From an uncultured Methanosarcinales archaeon (lineage in GTDB: Archaea > Nanobdellota > Nanobdellia > Woesearchaeales > GW2011-AR9), in the NCBI GenBank assembly GCA_964639875.1, contig CAZXEM010000001.1, forward strand, positions 1 through 60,593: a DNA stretch of 60,593 bases, given 5' to 3'. Position numbers and translations under genes: made by a program. The stretch's first letter is position 1. Each line of letters opens with the position of its first letter. Under the pieces are notes generated by a model. It had not been told where the DNA came from, ran no database searches, and worked only from the letters and a program-made list of their open reading frames with translations. This document shows positions 1 through 8,829 of the stretch, one piece after another.

Positions 1-437
1 ATGTACGGATCAGAATAATCTAAAGAAACACCCATCCGTTGAAAGTCAATAACCATTTGATCAGCCATTTCTAAACAAAAAGATGTACATTCTTTAATGA
101 ATTTTTTAAGACCAAATTTTTCAATATCTTCTTTTGTTTTTAAATTATGTTTGGCCATAACTTTATGGGCTGTAGGCAAACCATGAACGTCAAAACCTGC
201 CCGGTCCCAGACATTTAAGCCAAGAGAACGTTTATACCTTAAAGAAATATCTTTAAGAGATTTGTTCCATGCGGTTCCTAAATGAACCTTACCAGAAGTA
301 TACGGTGGACCGTCCAAATAATAATATTTCTTCCCGTTAATATTCTGTTTTCTAAGTTTTTCTAATATTTTCTGATTTTTCCAAAATTCTAATATTTCTG
401 GTTCAAGTTCTGAATGGTTATAAGTGTCACGTATCAT
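1..437 (-). CDS. ileS: Isoleucyl-tRNA synthetase, N-terminal fragment (gene continues beyond window start)
   Basis: Manual translation from ATG at 437: MIRDTYNHSELEPEILEFWKNQ...YYYLDGPPYTSGKVHLGTAWNKSLKD...DRAGFDVHGLPTAHKV. This is the class Ia HIGH-region architecture (PPY.sG..HlG... then GxDxHGLP) typical of IleRS. Not in the ORF track because it is truncated. Confidence 0.7.
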   Translation of the reverse strand, partial: MIRDTYNHSELEPEILEFWKNQKILEKLRKQNINGKKYYYLDGPPYTSGKVHLGTAWNKSLKDISLRYKRSLGLNVWDRAGFDVHGLPTAHKVMAKHNLKTKEDIEKFGLKKFIKECTSFCLEMADQMVIDFQRMGVSLDYSDPY

Positions 438-512
438 TATAAAAACGTTAGAGGGGAGTTATTTTTAAATGTTTTGGGGTTAATGACCTTATAAATATCT
501 TTTAAATATATT

Positions 513-1808
513 TTACTCATCAACATAAGTTTTTAAACGTTGATTTCTGAAAGGATTACGAAGTCTTTCTAAAGCTCCAGCTTCAATTTGTCTAATTCTT
601 TCTCTGGTAACTTTGAAATCTTTTCCAACTTCTTCTAAAGTATAATCTCTATCTTCACCAATCCCAAATCTCATTCTAAGAATTTTTTCTTCTCTTGGCG
701 TTAATGTTCTTAAAACCCTGGATACGGCCATTACTAATCCATCATCTAAAGAATACTTTTCTGCATCAGGACTTTTTTCATCAACAATAAAATCAACCAT
801 TGTAGTATCTTCTTCCTCGCCAACAGGCATATTTAAAGAAATAGTATCTTTAGATATTTTTTTAACTTTTTTATAAGTAGCGAGAATTTTTTTAGAGTCC
901 TTATTTTCTTTAGCTTTATCAGTAAGACCACCATACAAATGTTCAGCGATTTCTTTATCAGTTCCTTGACGATTAAATTTATGCAAAAAATCATAATCTG
1001 CTTTACTCCATTTGTTTAGAAATTCAATAGTGTGTACAGGTAATCGAATAGTTCTACTGGTATCAAATATTGATCTTGTAACGCATTGTCTAATCCACCA
1101 AGTGGCATAAGTTGAAAATTTATATCCTTTTTTGTAATCAAATTTGTCAACTGCTTTCATTAATCCAATATTTCCTTCTTGGACAAGATCTTTTATACTT
1201 AATCCACCAATTCTATACTTTTTAGCAATACTGACAACTAAACGAAGGTTTTTTTCAACAAACTCATTTCTTAATTTTAATTCTAAATCTAAGTAACCTT
1301 TCATCAAACCTAATTTCTCGGCAGTAACTCGAGTTTTAATTCGATAATTCTCACTTTCTTTAAGATCAATATCTTCATGTAACCTCAACTCTTCATTTAA
1401 GTTCAAGTGGTAAGAACCCCTATACAAAATGTCAAACATGTTATCATAAATTAACGTTGTTCTTTTCTTAGTTTTTCTTTTACCAAGCAGTTCTTCTAAA
1501 TCAGAAAGAGCAATTTCATATAATTCACTACTATGACCATTACTTCGAACTTTATCAATTACTCCTCTTTCAGTTTCAAACAATTCCTGAAATTTTGAAA
1601 CCAGTAAAGGGTAACCAAACATATTTTTTAAACGATGAGTTCTAGTATGTTGACAAATACCATAAAACAACTCTTTATAACAATCTTCCAATCTTATAGC
1701 TAGATTTATTTCATCATCTCTATCCATAAGTTTTTCTTCACCAATTTTACTTAAATAAAAACTAAAAGTTCGATCATCTTCAAGACCTCTAACTTTTTTT
1801 CCCACCAT
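513..1808 (-). CDS. Bacterial-type RNA polymerase sigma-70 (RpoD-family) homologue
   Basis: All conserved sigma-70 regions are readable. Region 1.2: FYLSKIG...EINLAIRLE. Region 2: [12 protein letters not shown]..., [35 protein letters not shown]. Region 3: RTIRLPVH. Region 4: [14 protein letters not shown]...[22 protein letters not shown] spacer of about 110 aa separates regions 1.2 and 2. Confidence 0.85.
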   Translation of the reverse strand: MVGKKVRGLEDDRTFSFYLSKIGEEKLMDRDDEINLAIRLEDCYKELFYGICQHTRTHRLKNMFGYPLLVSKFQELFETERGVIDKVRSNGHSSELYEIALSDLEELLGKRKTKKRTTLIYDNMFDILYRGSYHLNLNEELRLHEDIDLKESENYRIKTRVTAEKLGLMKGYLDLELKLRNEFVEKNLRLVVSIAKKYRIGGLSIKDLVQEGNIGLMKAVDKFDYKKGYKFSTYATWWIRQCVTRSIFDTSRTIRLPVHTIEFLNKWSKADYDFLHKFNRQGTDKEIAEHLYGGLTDKAKENKDSKKILATYKKVKKISKDTISLNMPVGEEEDTTMVDFIVDEKSPDAEKYSLDDGLVMAVSRVLRTLTPREEKILRMRFGIGEDRDYTLEEVGKDFKVTRERIRQIEAGALERLRNPFRNQRLKTYVDE

Positions 1809-1831
1809 CAGATATTATTTAAGAAAGCTAA

Positions 1832-1839
1832 TTTAAATA
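1832..1839 (-). promoter_or_regulatory. Archaeal TATA-box candidate for the sigma-70-like gene
   Basis: tttaaata lies about 27 nt upstream of the ATG at 1808. Many other first genes in the window show the same geometry, which implies a leaderless transcript. Confidence 0.45.
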
Positions 1840-1891
1840 TTTTGCCTAAAAATATACAGTATATAGATAGTAGAACAGATAGATTGAATCA

Positions 1892-2629
1892 TCAACTTTT
1901 CAACAAGATAACGTTACCACGACCTTTCTTAACTTTTTCAATCTGGCCTTTATGTTCAAGTTCAGTAAGAATTAAACTTACTTTTGCTTCAGAAATGTCC
2001 AACATTTCTTTCCTTAACGTTTTCTGGTTAATTCTCCCATCATGTTTCTTAATAATCTCCAAAACACGATCTAAATATCCAGGTTCTTGAGCAATTTCTT
2101 GTTTATGTTCTGCAACAGTTTTCTTCTGTTCAATTTTATGTTTCTTTCTAAACTTGCTTAACGAACCAAACTTTTTTCTCATCAATAAAAATCTGATAAA
2201 CAAAGCTATAATTATTAATCCACCCAAAATGTAGCGCCATAAAGCATAACTTCTTACTCCTTCATTATCATCTTCACTATCATCTTCAGTAAACAAGTTC
2301 TGTTCTGTATCTTGCCAAAGATCATCTTCGTCAGTAAAACTACCTAATAAAAAAATGTCAAAGATAGTTACCCCATCATTAGTTAATTCAATCTCTTCTG
2401 ATGAAGAAACTAAACCTTTAGTTGCAGTTAAAGTATAAGTACCACTTTTCAAGTCAAAAGTATAAGTCCCGTCTTTAGACAAATATTTCTGATTATCTAC
2501 TTCCACTAAAACGTCAGATTCTATCTCCAAATTAGAATTGTAAACACTTCCTTGAAGTGTTGCAGCCAAGGCTAAAGAAGAAAATAATAAAATGATTACA
2601 AATGTTAATAATAAATGTTTAAATCTCAT
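1892..2629 (-). CDS. Membrane-anchored winged-helix regulator (signal peptide, extracellular beta-rich domain, TM, cytoplasmic wHTH)
   Basis: N-terminal signal peptide LLFSSLALAATLQG; TM segment YILGGLIIIALFIRFLLM; C-terminal LEIIKKHDGRINQKTLRKEMLDISEAKVSLILTELEHKGQIEKVKKG resembles a MarR/ArsR-like wHTH. Confidence 0.5.
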   Translation of the reverse strand: MRFKHLLLTFVIILLFSSLALAATLQGSVYNSNLEIESDVLVEVDNQKYLSKDGTYTFDLKSGTYTLTATKGLVSSSEEIELTNDGVTIFDIFLLGSFTDEDDLWQDTEQNLFTEDDSEDDNEGVRSYALWRYILGGLIIIALFIRFLLMRKKFGSLSKFRKKHKIEQKKTVAEHKQEIAQEPGYLDRVLEIIKKHDGRINQKTLRKEMLDISEAKVSLILTELEHKGQIEKVKKGRGNVILLKS

Positions 2630-2661
2630 CTATAGTAGGAAAGTTTATTGGTTATAAAAAG

Positions 2662-3156
2662 TTAATCTTTTTTCTCAACAATTTTATTTAAAAACTTAAG
2701 TTGTGCTTCCCGATATATTTTCATGTTTTCCGGGAATGGTTTTTCTTTTTTAATAATCTTAATTGCTTTTGATATAGGCATTAATTTTTCTCCTTCCCAA
2801 TAATCTTCATATTGTTTATGATTTTCTTTGAATTCTTTAATTGTTCCAAAAAAGAAATGCATTTCTTCACCTTTATATTTCTTAAATCTCTTTTTTTGTT
2901 TTTCTGTTCTAATCCATTCTTCATCCCAAAGAAATTGAACCACCCCCAGGTCTTTAATAGGTAATTTAATAATAGCACCCGTTTCTTCAAGTGTTTCACG
3001 GACAACCGCAGAATCTGCATGTTCTCCTTTATCAATACCTCCACCTGGAAAAACCAGATATTTTTTACCTGTATTTTGAGCTAATATTTTCTTATCTTTA
3101 GTAATAAAATACCCTTCACAATTTCTTCGAAAGGGTAATTTGCTTCTATCCATCAA
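2662..3156 (-). CDS. NUDIX hydrolase
   Basis: Canonical Nudix box Gx5Ex7REUxEExGU: GGIDKGEHADSAVVRETLEETGA. Confidence 0.85.
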   Translation of the reverse strand: MMDRSKLPFRRNCEGYFITKDKKILAQNTGKKYLVFPGGGIDKGEHADSAVVRETLEETGAIIKLPIKDLGVVQFLWDEEWIRTEKQKKRFKKYKGEEMHFFFGTIKEFKENHKQYEDYWEGEKLMPISKAIKIIKKEKPFPENMKIYREAQLKFLNKIVEKKD

Positions 3157-3221
3157 TTAAAGAAAGTTTAGCGAATATAAAAAGCTATTGAAAAAAGAGA
3201 GAAAAATAAAAAAAGAAAATC

Positions 3222-3470
3222 TTATTCAAGATCTAAATCTTCTAAATCATCAAAATTGACATCACTGCCAAACTCTTCATCAAGACTTTCCAATTCATCT
3301 AATCCTTCAAGACCTTCGTCAAGTTCAACCTCTTCTGGACTGGAAGTTTCCCCTTCAACTGATTCAAGTTCTGAAGCAGAGTCTTCAACCACCTCTGTTT
3401 TACAAGCAACAAGAAATAGTAAACTAATCAAAACTGTCAAAATAATCATTTTTTTTATCATCGTATTCAC
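3222..3470 (-). CDS. Small acidic secreted protein with lipobox-like signal peptide
   Basis: MIKKMIILTVLISLLFLVAC followed by an extremely D/E-rich mature region. Confidence 0.5.
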   Translation of the reverse strand: MNTMIKKMIILTVLISLLFLVACKTEVVEDSASELESVEGETSSPEEVELDEGLEGLDELESLDEEFGSDVNFDDLEDLDLE

Positions 3471-3541
3471 CTCAAAAAGAAAAAAAAAGAAAAAAGAGTT
3501 ATAAAGTTTACTAACTCCTTTTCAGTAGTCTTTAAACCTGT

Positions 3542-4621
3542 TTACTCAGTAGTTTCTCCCTCATTCTCTTCAGAATCTTCTACCACCTCAGATTCTTCAA
3601 CTTCTTCTACTTCCTCTGCATCCTCTACTTCATTTCCCAGTTCAATGCTCTTAAACTCTTTAACAAAATCACGTAATAATTCTTTTGTCTTTTTCAAATC
3701 TTCAAGAACAATTTTTTGCTTTTCTTTTGCAAATTCTAAACGCTCTTTACTAGCTCTAGAATTTTCCCAAGCAGCATCAGCTTCTTCTTTATCTACTTTA
3801 AGTTTGTCCACTACTTCTTTAAAATCTTCAGCAATAGCTCTAACTCTTTCTAAATCTTCAGCAGAAGCACCTTTCTCTTCCAGATTAGAGATCCTCATCT
3901 GCATAGCGTTATAAAATTCGTCATGCTTATCAACCAAATTACCCATCTTATTATTAATCAATTGAGTAATAATCCATCGCTGTTCTTTTCTGATTTCGTT
4001 CCATAGATCTTTCAGCTCTTTAATTTTACCACGAATTTCTGCAGCAGTAGCTTCGTCTGCCATGGATTCAATTTCATCTTTTTTAGCAGAAAGTTTTTCT
4101 TCTAAAGCTTTAACTTTAACTAAAGCTTCCTCTTTTTCTTCATCAGTCATAACATTAGAATTTTCTATCCGATCAAGAAGTTTTTCAACAGAGCGAGCAA
4201 TTAAATCACTAGTTTTAACTAAATGATTTTTTACACCAACTTTTAAGTTCTTTTTGAACTCTTTACAATCATCGCCTTCACACTTGTTAACTTTACCTTT
4301 AAGTTCATTAAGTCTTTCTCGATGCTTTTCTACAAACTGTTTAGCTTCTTTTTGTTTCTCTTTAAGTTTGTTATACCTTTCTCGATTATTTTTTATTTTT
4401 TCTTTTGTTTCCTGTAAAAACTGTTTTGATTTAGCTTTAATGTTTACAGGTTTCTTTGGTGGTACTTTCTTTTGTTTACCTTCAATTGGTTCTTCAAGAA
4501 CATCTTCAACTTCCATTCCAGTAACTTCAATATCTTCTTCTGCTAAAGCTGCTGGTAAAATACTTAACACAAAAATTGCCAGTACAGCCAAAGCAAACAT
4601 CTTTTTCATTATTTTCGTCAT
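3542..4621 (-). CDS. Secreted coiled-coil protein, K/E-rich, function unknown
   Basis: Signal peptide FALAVLAIFVLSILPAALAEE, a long heptad-like K/E-rich body and an acidic tail. A TATA-like ctttataaag sits upstream near 4670-4680. Confidence 0.5.
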   Translation of the reverse strand: MTKIMKKMFALAVLAIFVLSILPAALAEEDIEVTGMEVEDVLEEPIEGKQKKVPPKKPVNIKAKSKQFLQETKEKIKNNRERYNKLKEKQKEAKQFVEKHRERLNELKGKVNKCEGDDCKEFKKNLKVGVKNHLVKTSDLIARSVEKLLDRIENSNVMTDEEKEEALVKVKALEEKLSAKKDEIESMADEATAAEIRGKIKELKDLWNEIRKEQRWIITQLINNKMGNLVDKHDEFYNAMQMRISNLEEKGASAEDLERVRAIAEDFKEVVDKLKVDKEEADAAWENSRASKERLEFAKEKQKIVLEDLKKTKELLRDFVKEFKSIELGNEVEDAEEVEEVEESEVVEDSEENEGETTE

Positions 4622-4883
4622 TTTATTTTTCCTCCGTTTTGATTTTCATGGGATTCTAAGAATCTCGTTACTTTATAAAGAAACTTTTTTGCTTACTTAG
4701 AAAGAAGCTCATTTTTGGCTCTGTAAACTTTATAAGACTTTATTTTAGCTTTTAAAGTTTTATGCGCCGAAATAAAGTCACGAACGAAACGAAGTGAAGT
4801 GACTAAACTTTATTTTAGCTTTTAACGGTTTACAAACTGATAATTAAAAAATATTAAAAGAAAGAAAAAAAAAGAAAAAATGT

Positions 4884-7175
4884 TTACTTCTTTTTGGTTA
4901 ACCAAATCAAAACAACAACTGCAATTATTAACACAATTATTAAAGCGACCCATTTCCAAGGAAACTTACTTGCTACTTCTTCAGCTTCAGCAACAACTTC
5001 TTCTTCAACAGATGTGTCTTCTTCTGAAACAACTTCTTCTCCACCTTCAGCTGCTTCTTTAACTACTTCTTCTGCAGTTAAAGGTATTGCATCTACTTTC
5101 TCAGCAATTATAAAATAGCTAAATCCAGGCGTTTCTGCTGTATAATGGACGTATGTTCCGTCATCATTACCCATGGTGGTAGATAATTCAATCCATTCCC
5201 CATCTACGTATCGTTGTAAAGCAACATTAGCTTTACCAATCTTATTTTCAGCTAACCAAGTTTTAGTTACTTTAAACTTAATAGTAGGGTTAACTAAGAC
5301 ATCTTCTTTCAAAGCAGAACTTTTAGTGATCTGAATATTCTTGTAAACATCACCACTAAAAGTTTTAACTGAATTTGGGAAACTAGATTTCCTTTCAACT
5401 TTCATCCAAGCCCCGTACGTTTTCTCAGATACACCAAACTCAACAGAAGTTATACCTATTGCCCCGTTGTTAACTTCTAAAACAGTAGTAGTTCCTGGAC
5501 TAAGGGCTGCCCAAGTTTCTTGGGCATATTCTCCAGTTACTTGCGTACTTGAAGAACCACCCCCACCACTTGAAGATGAGCTACTACTTGCAGCTGTAAC
5601 TGTATAACTAGCAGTACCAGTGGCGGTAAGACCGACTGGATCCGTAGCAGTACAAGTTGTTGTCTTTGTTCCAGAGGTAGCAGTTGAATCCCCTGAATAA
5701 GCATAACTTAAAGTTCCACCCATAGCAACAGAATTGTCAGATGCAGAACAAGTACAAAGACGATCAGCTCCAATCGCTACTTCAGTACAACCAACCGCCA
5801 CGCTATATGGTGTCTCGTTATCTACATGTAATGCATAATAATCGTTGTCAACTGCAGTTATCACTGAACCATTATAGGTACAATTAACAGTCCAATTTGT
5901 AGAGACGTTTGTTACTAGACTCTGGTTGTTAGTAATGGTCATTACTGTGTTGTTTAAAGCAGTATTATTCACTCCATTAGCAATGTAATCTCCAGTAGAA
6001 TTTGTAACCCACAATTCACAAGAAACATTATTATCAGTTAAAGTAGTATTAACAAAACCACTTGCGTAACTAAAATTAAAAGAAACGTTTCCAGCGTCAG
6101 TACTATTAGTAAATGTATTGTTAAGAGGAGTTACAACTGTAACCGTAACAACATCAAGGTAAAACTTGTTAGCAAGAGTAGTACCAGAACTTCCAATATT
6201 ACTTGCTAAATCAGTACAATTAACATACCAGAGATGTGTTCCCGCACTTAAACTAGCGTTGGTAGTCCAAGTAGTTGCAGTATCATTTAAGACTGTACTA
6301 TTAACACCATAGCCAGTATCATCAATAAACAGTTCACAGGAAGCATTTGGTGAAAGACCATCTGTAAAACTGTATTCTAAATTAGGCGTAGTATCATCGG
6401 TCCAAGTCCAATTTTGTAATGTAGATGTATCATTTAAACTTACTGTAGGAGCAGTTAAATCAACATAAACCTCTACTGATTCCGCATTCTTATTGTTCAA
6501 AGTATCATTAGCAATCACTTTCAAAGTGTGTAGACCTTCTCCTAATTCCGCAGCAGTATAAGAAATGTTATAGTAATTATTACTCTTAGTTACTAAACCT
6601 TCAACGTAACCATATCCATCATAAGTATTATTACTCAAATTAACATCAGCTACACCAACACCAGAATCAGTAACAGTAACATTAATAATAAACTCTCCGC
6701 CAGAACCAATATAACTATTTGCAGTAGGGGTATTGATAGTTACAGAAGGTTTGGTATTATCAATCTGTACTCCTGTAATCGTACTATTTTCGATATTTAT
6801 ACTGGAACTGTTAGTAGCATTAACAGTTAAATTATAAGTATCATCAGCAAGAAGTATTGCAGTATCAACCGTAGTATTAAAAATAGTTTGGTTTGTAGTA
6901 GAATTCTCAAATGTTACGTTATAAACTAAAGAACCATCCGTCGCATTATAAAAAAAGAAGGTGACGTTAGTAGCGTTACTTTCGTAAGAATTGTTTAACG
7001 TTGCGTTGAGTACAATCTTACCAGAATAATTAGTATCTGCAGTTGGTTCAACTACACTAATACTTTGATCCGCAAATTCTGCAACTATCAAATAAGCAAA
7101 TATTGCAATCACACAAACTAAAAACATCATATAAAATAATTTTTTATCTTTCATCTTCTCAACCTCTTTTTTCAT
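4884..7175 (-). CDS. Large cell-surface (S-layer-like) glycoprotein candidate with C-terminal TM anchor
   Basis: Signal peptide followed by dozens of N-x-S/T sequons in Ig-like repeats. Ser/Gly linker SSSSSSSGGGGSSS, PGF-pre-PGF-like segment ending ...YTAETPGFSYFIIAEK, acidic spacer, then TM plus basic tail WKWVALIIVLIIAVVVLIWLTKKK. Confidence 0.6.
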   Translation of the reverse strand: MKKEVEKMKDKKLFYMMFLVCVIAIFAYLIVAEFADQSISVVEPTADTNYSGKIVLNATLNNSYESNATNVTFFFYNATDGSLVYNVTFENSTTNQTIFNTTVDTAILLADDTYNLTVNATNSSSINIENSTITGVQIDNTKPSVTINTPTANSYIGSGGEFIINVTVTDSGVGVADVNLSNNTYDGYGYVEGLVTKSNNYYNISYTAAELGEGLHTLKVIANDTLNNKNAESVEVYVDLTAPTVSLNDTSTLQNWTWTDDTTPNLEYSFTDGLSPNASCELFIDDTGYGVNSTVLNDTATTWTTNASLSAGTHLWYVNCTDLASNIGSSGTTLANKFYLDVVTVTVVTPLNNTFTNSTDAGNVSFNFSYASGFVNTTLTDNNVSCELWVTNSTGDYIANGVNNTALNNTVMTITNNQSLVTNVSTNWTVNCTYNGSVITAVDNDYYALHVDNETPYSVAVGCTEVAIGADRLCTCSASDNSVAMGGTLSYAYSGDSTATSGTKTTTCTATDPVGLTATGTASYTVTAASSSSSSSGGGGSSSTQVTGEYAQETWAALSPGTTTVLEVNNGAIGITSVEFGVSEKTYGAWMKVERKSSFPNSVKTFSGDVYKNIQITKSSALKEDVLVNPTIKFKVTKTWLAENKIGKANVALQRYVDGEWIELSTTMGNDDGTYVHYTAETPGFSYFIIAEKVDAIPLTAEEVVKEAAEGGEEVVSEEDTSVEEEVVAEAEEVASKFPWKWVALIIVLIIAVVVLIWLTKKK

Positions 7176-7270
7176 TATAATTATTATTAATCTTGAATTA
7201 AGTATGTTTTAAACAGAAATGGTATATAAATGTTCCTTTTCTAGAACTTAGTTCTATACCCTGAACAAAA

Positions 7271-8122
7271 TTAAAATTTTAACAAAGTAAATAAATTAAA
7301 AAAATAATCAACAAAAATAATTGCTAAATAAGCAAGAAGAAAACTAGGTACGAAAGGTACACCTTCCTTAATTAAAACTTCAGTTAATTTTCCTTTACCT
7401 TCAAGTTTTCTTAATTTCCAGAGATCTTCAAGTTCTAAAGTTTTCTTTTCAAGCACTAATTTGTTTTTTATCTTCAAATCTTCTGCTAACCAATCACCTT
7501 CAGTAAGATTTTTTATCTTTACTTTATTGATAAAACAACTTTTCTCTACAGAATTAACAAAAATAAGTAAATAAAAGAAAACAAGTGGAAATAATATTAA
7601 AGGCCAAAGAAAAATGTAAAATATTGTTGGCACAATAAGAATTAAAGAAAGAACCGCTAAAGAAATGTGTAATTTCTTTTTTTTAGAAATACTTTTCTTA
7701 AAATTAAGCGAAAAAACTTTTCTTTTTTTAATCGCTATATAAACCATCCATAACAAACCAAAAATCGCCCCAAATAATAATAAGGCAATAAAGAAAAACA
7801 ATAAATCCCAACTGGAATCATTGAAAGGAAAAGTAATTCCAATCACTGCCCCTATCCCCATTAATAATTTACTATCACCACCACCCCACTGGCCCGTGTA
7901 ATAAAAAAGTAACGCAAACCCAAAACAAACAATAAATCCTAAAATCCCGCTAAGAATAATTTCCCAACCTAAGTTTATAGAAAAGATTGCCCTAATTCCG
8001 AACGCAGTAAAAATCAATCCATAATTTAACCAGTCAGGAACTTCTCTTGTCCGAATGTCTGAATAAGAAGCTACTAGAAGTGCAATAAGTGTGATTGTTA
8101 TTAAGATAACATCTAAAACCAT
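7271..8122 (-). CDS. Type IV prepilin / preflagellin (archaellin) peptidase, A24 family
   Basis: Polytopic membrane protein with both catalytic Asp motifs: SYSDIRTREVPDWL and WGGGDSKLLMGIG (GxGD). Confidence 0.8.
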   Translation of the reverse strand: MVLDVILITITLIALLVASYSDIRTREVPDWLNYGLIFTAFGIRAIFSINLGWEIILSGILGFIVCFGFALLFYYTGQWGGGDSKLLMGIGAVIGITFPFNDSSWDLLFFFIALLLFGAIFGLLWMVYIAIKKRKVFSLNFKKSISKKKKLHISLAVLSLILIVPTIFYIFLWPLILFPLVFFYLLIFVNSVEKSCFINKVKIKNLTEGDWLAEDLKIKNKLVLEKKTLELEDLWKLRKLEGKGKLTEVLIKEGVPFVPSFLLAYLAIIFVDYFFNLFTLLKF

Positions 8123-8265
8123 TTCTGGAAAGAATCATTTTATGTATATTAAGTTGTTGGTTTTTTGTTTCTTATTTGCAAACATTTATAAACAAAATTA
8201 GATTAACAAACTCATAGACTTTACTATAACAACATACATAAAAATAAAAAAATGCGGTGATAATT

Positions 8266-8820
8266 ATGGCAGAAGATGAATATGAAATGATTCCTCATCA
8301 ATTACTTTCTGATTTAAAATATGATGTGGAAGCTTTAAAGAAAAAATTAACCCAACCTGATAACAAAAGTAATGAACTAATTCTTGAAATTGAAAGTCTT
8401 AAAGATTCAATCCATGAATTAAATACAGTTTTCCAAAAAGCATTAGAAGAAACTAAAAGCGAAGATCCATTACATGAAATAACTCAAATTAATCAAAGGA
8501 TTAATGATGTTATTAAACAAAATGAAACTATTGCTCAAGGGATGATTGCTATTTCTGATAAATTAGAAGGATTTATGGAAAAACAATCAACACAAACACC
8601 AGTAAATAGTGGAATCACAATGTCAACGGGAGCAGGACAAGATACAATAAACCCAGAAGTTCAACATACGATGGGACCACCCGTTCCGCCAGGACCAGGA
8701 AGGGTTGCACCACAACCACAGGCAGCAGCTATGGCTGACAGTAGTGAACCAACAATAGATTTTCCACCGCCACCACCTTCCGCTAGTAGTGGGAAAAAAA
8801 GGTTAGGACTGTTTAAATAA
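8266..8820 (+). CDS. Coiled-coil protein with Pro-rich C-terminus and basic amphipathic tail
   Basis: The ORF track starts at GTG 8257, but ATG 8266 has GGTGA six nt upstream. Coiled-coil N-terminal half, then PPVPPGPGRVAPQPQ...DFPPPPPSASSGKKRLGLFK. Confidence 0.45.
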   Translation: MAEDEYEMIPHQLLSDLKYDVEALKKKLTQPDNKSNELILEIESLKDSIHELNTVFQKALEETKSEDPLHEITQINQRINDVIKQNETIAQGMIAISDKLEGFMEKQSTQTPVNSGITMSTGAGQDTINPEVQHTMGPPVPPGPGRVAPQPQAAAMADSSEPTIDFPPPPPSASSGKKRLGLFK

Positions 8821-8829
8821 AAAAATAAA

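Noticed and set aside
513-1808. The sigma-70 gene as bacterial contamination or chimeric assembly
   Set aside because: Not supported by what is visible. The gene shares the AT-rich composition and codon style of its neighbours, has an archaeal-style TATA at -27 like native genes, and lies on one contiguous sequence with unambiguous archaeal genes. Read-level evidence is still needed (see findings).
2781-3044. 87-aa ORF nested in the Nudix hydrolase gene, same strand, other frame
   Set aside because: The containing frame carries a perfect Nudix box. The nested ORF has no motif or start signal.
4884-7175. A diversity-generating retroelement target (template/variable repeat pair) in the surface protein or the island
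   Set aside because: No reverse transcriptase gene is present, and I saw no near-identical repeat pair of about 100 bp with A-specific mismatches. A rigorous self-alignment was not possible by eye.
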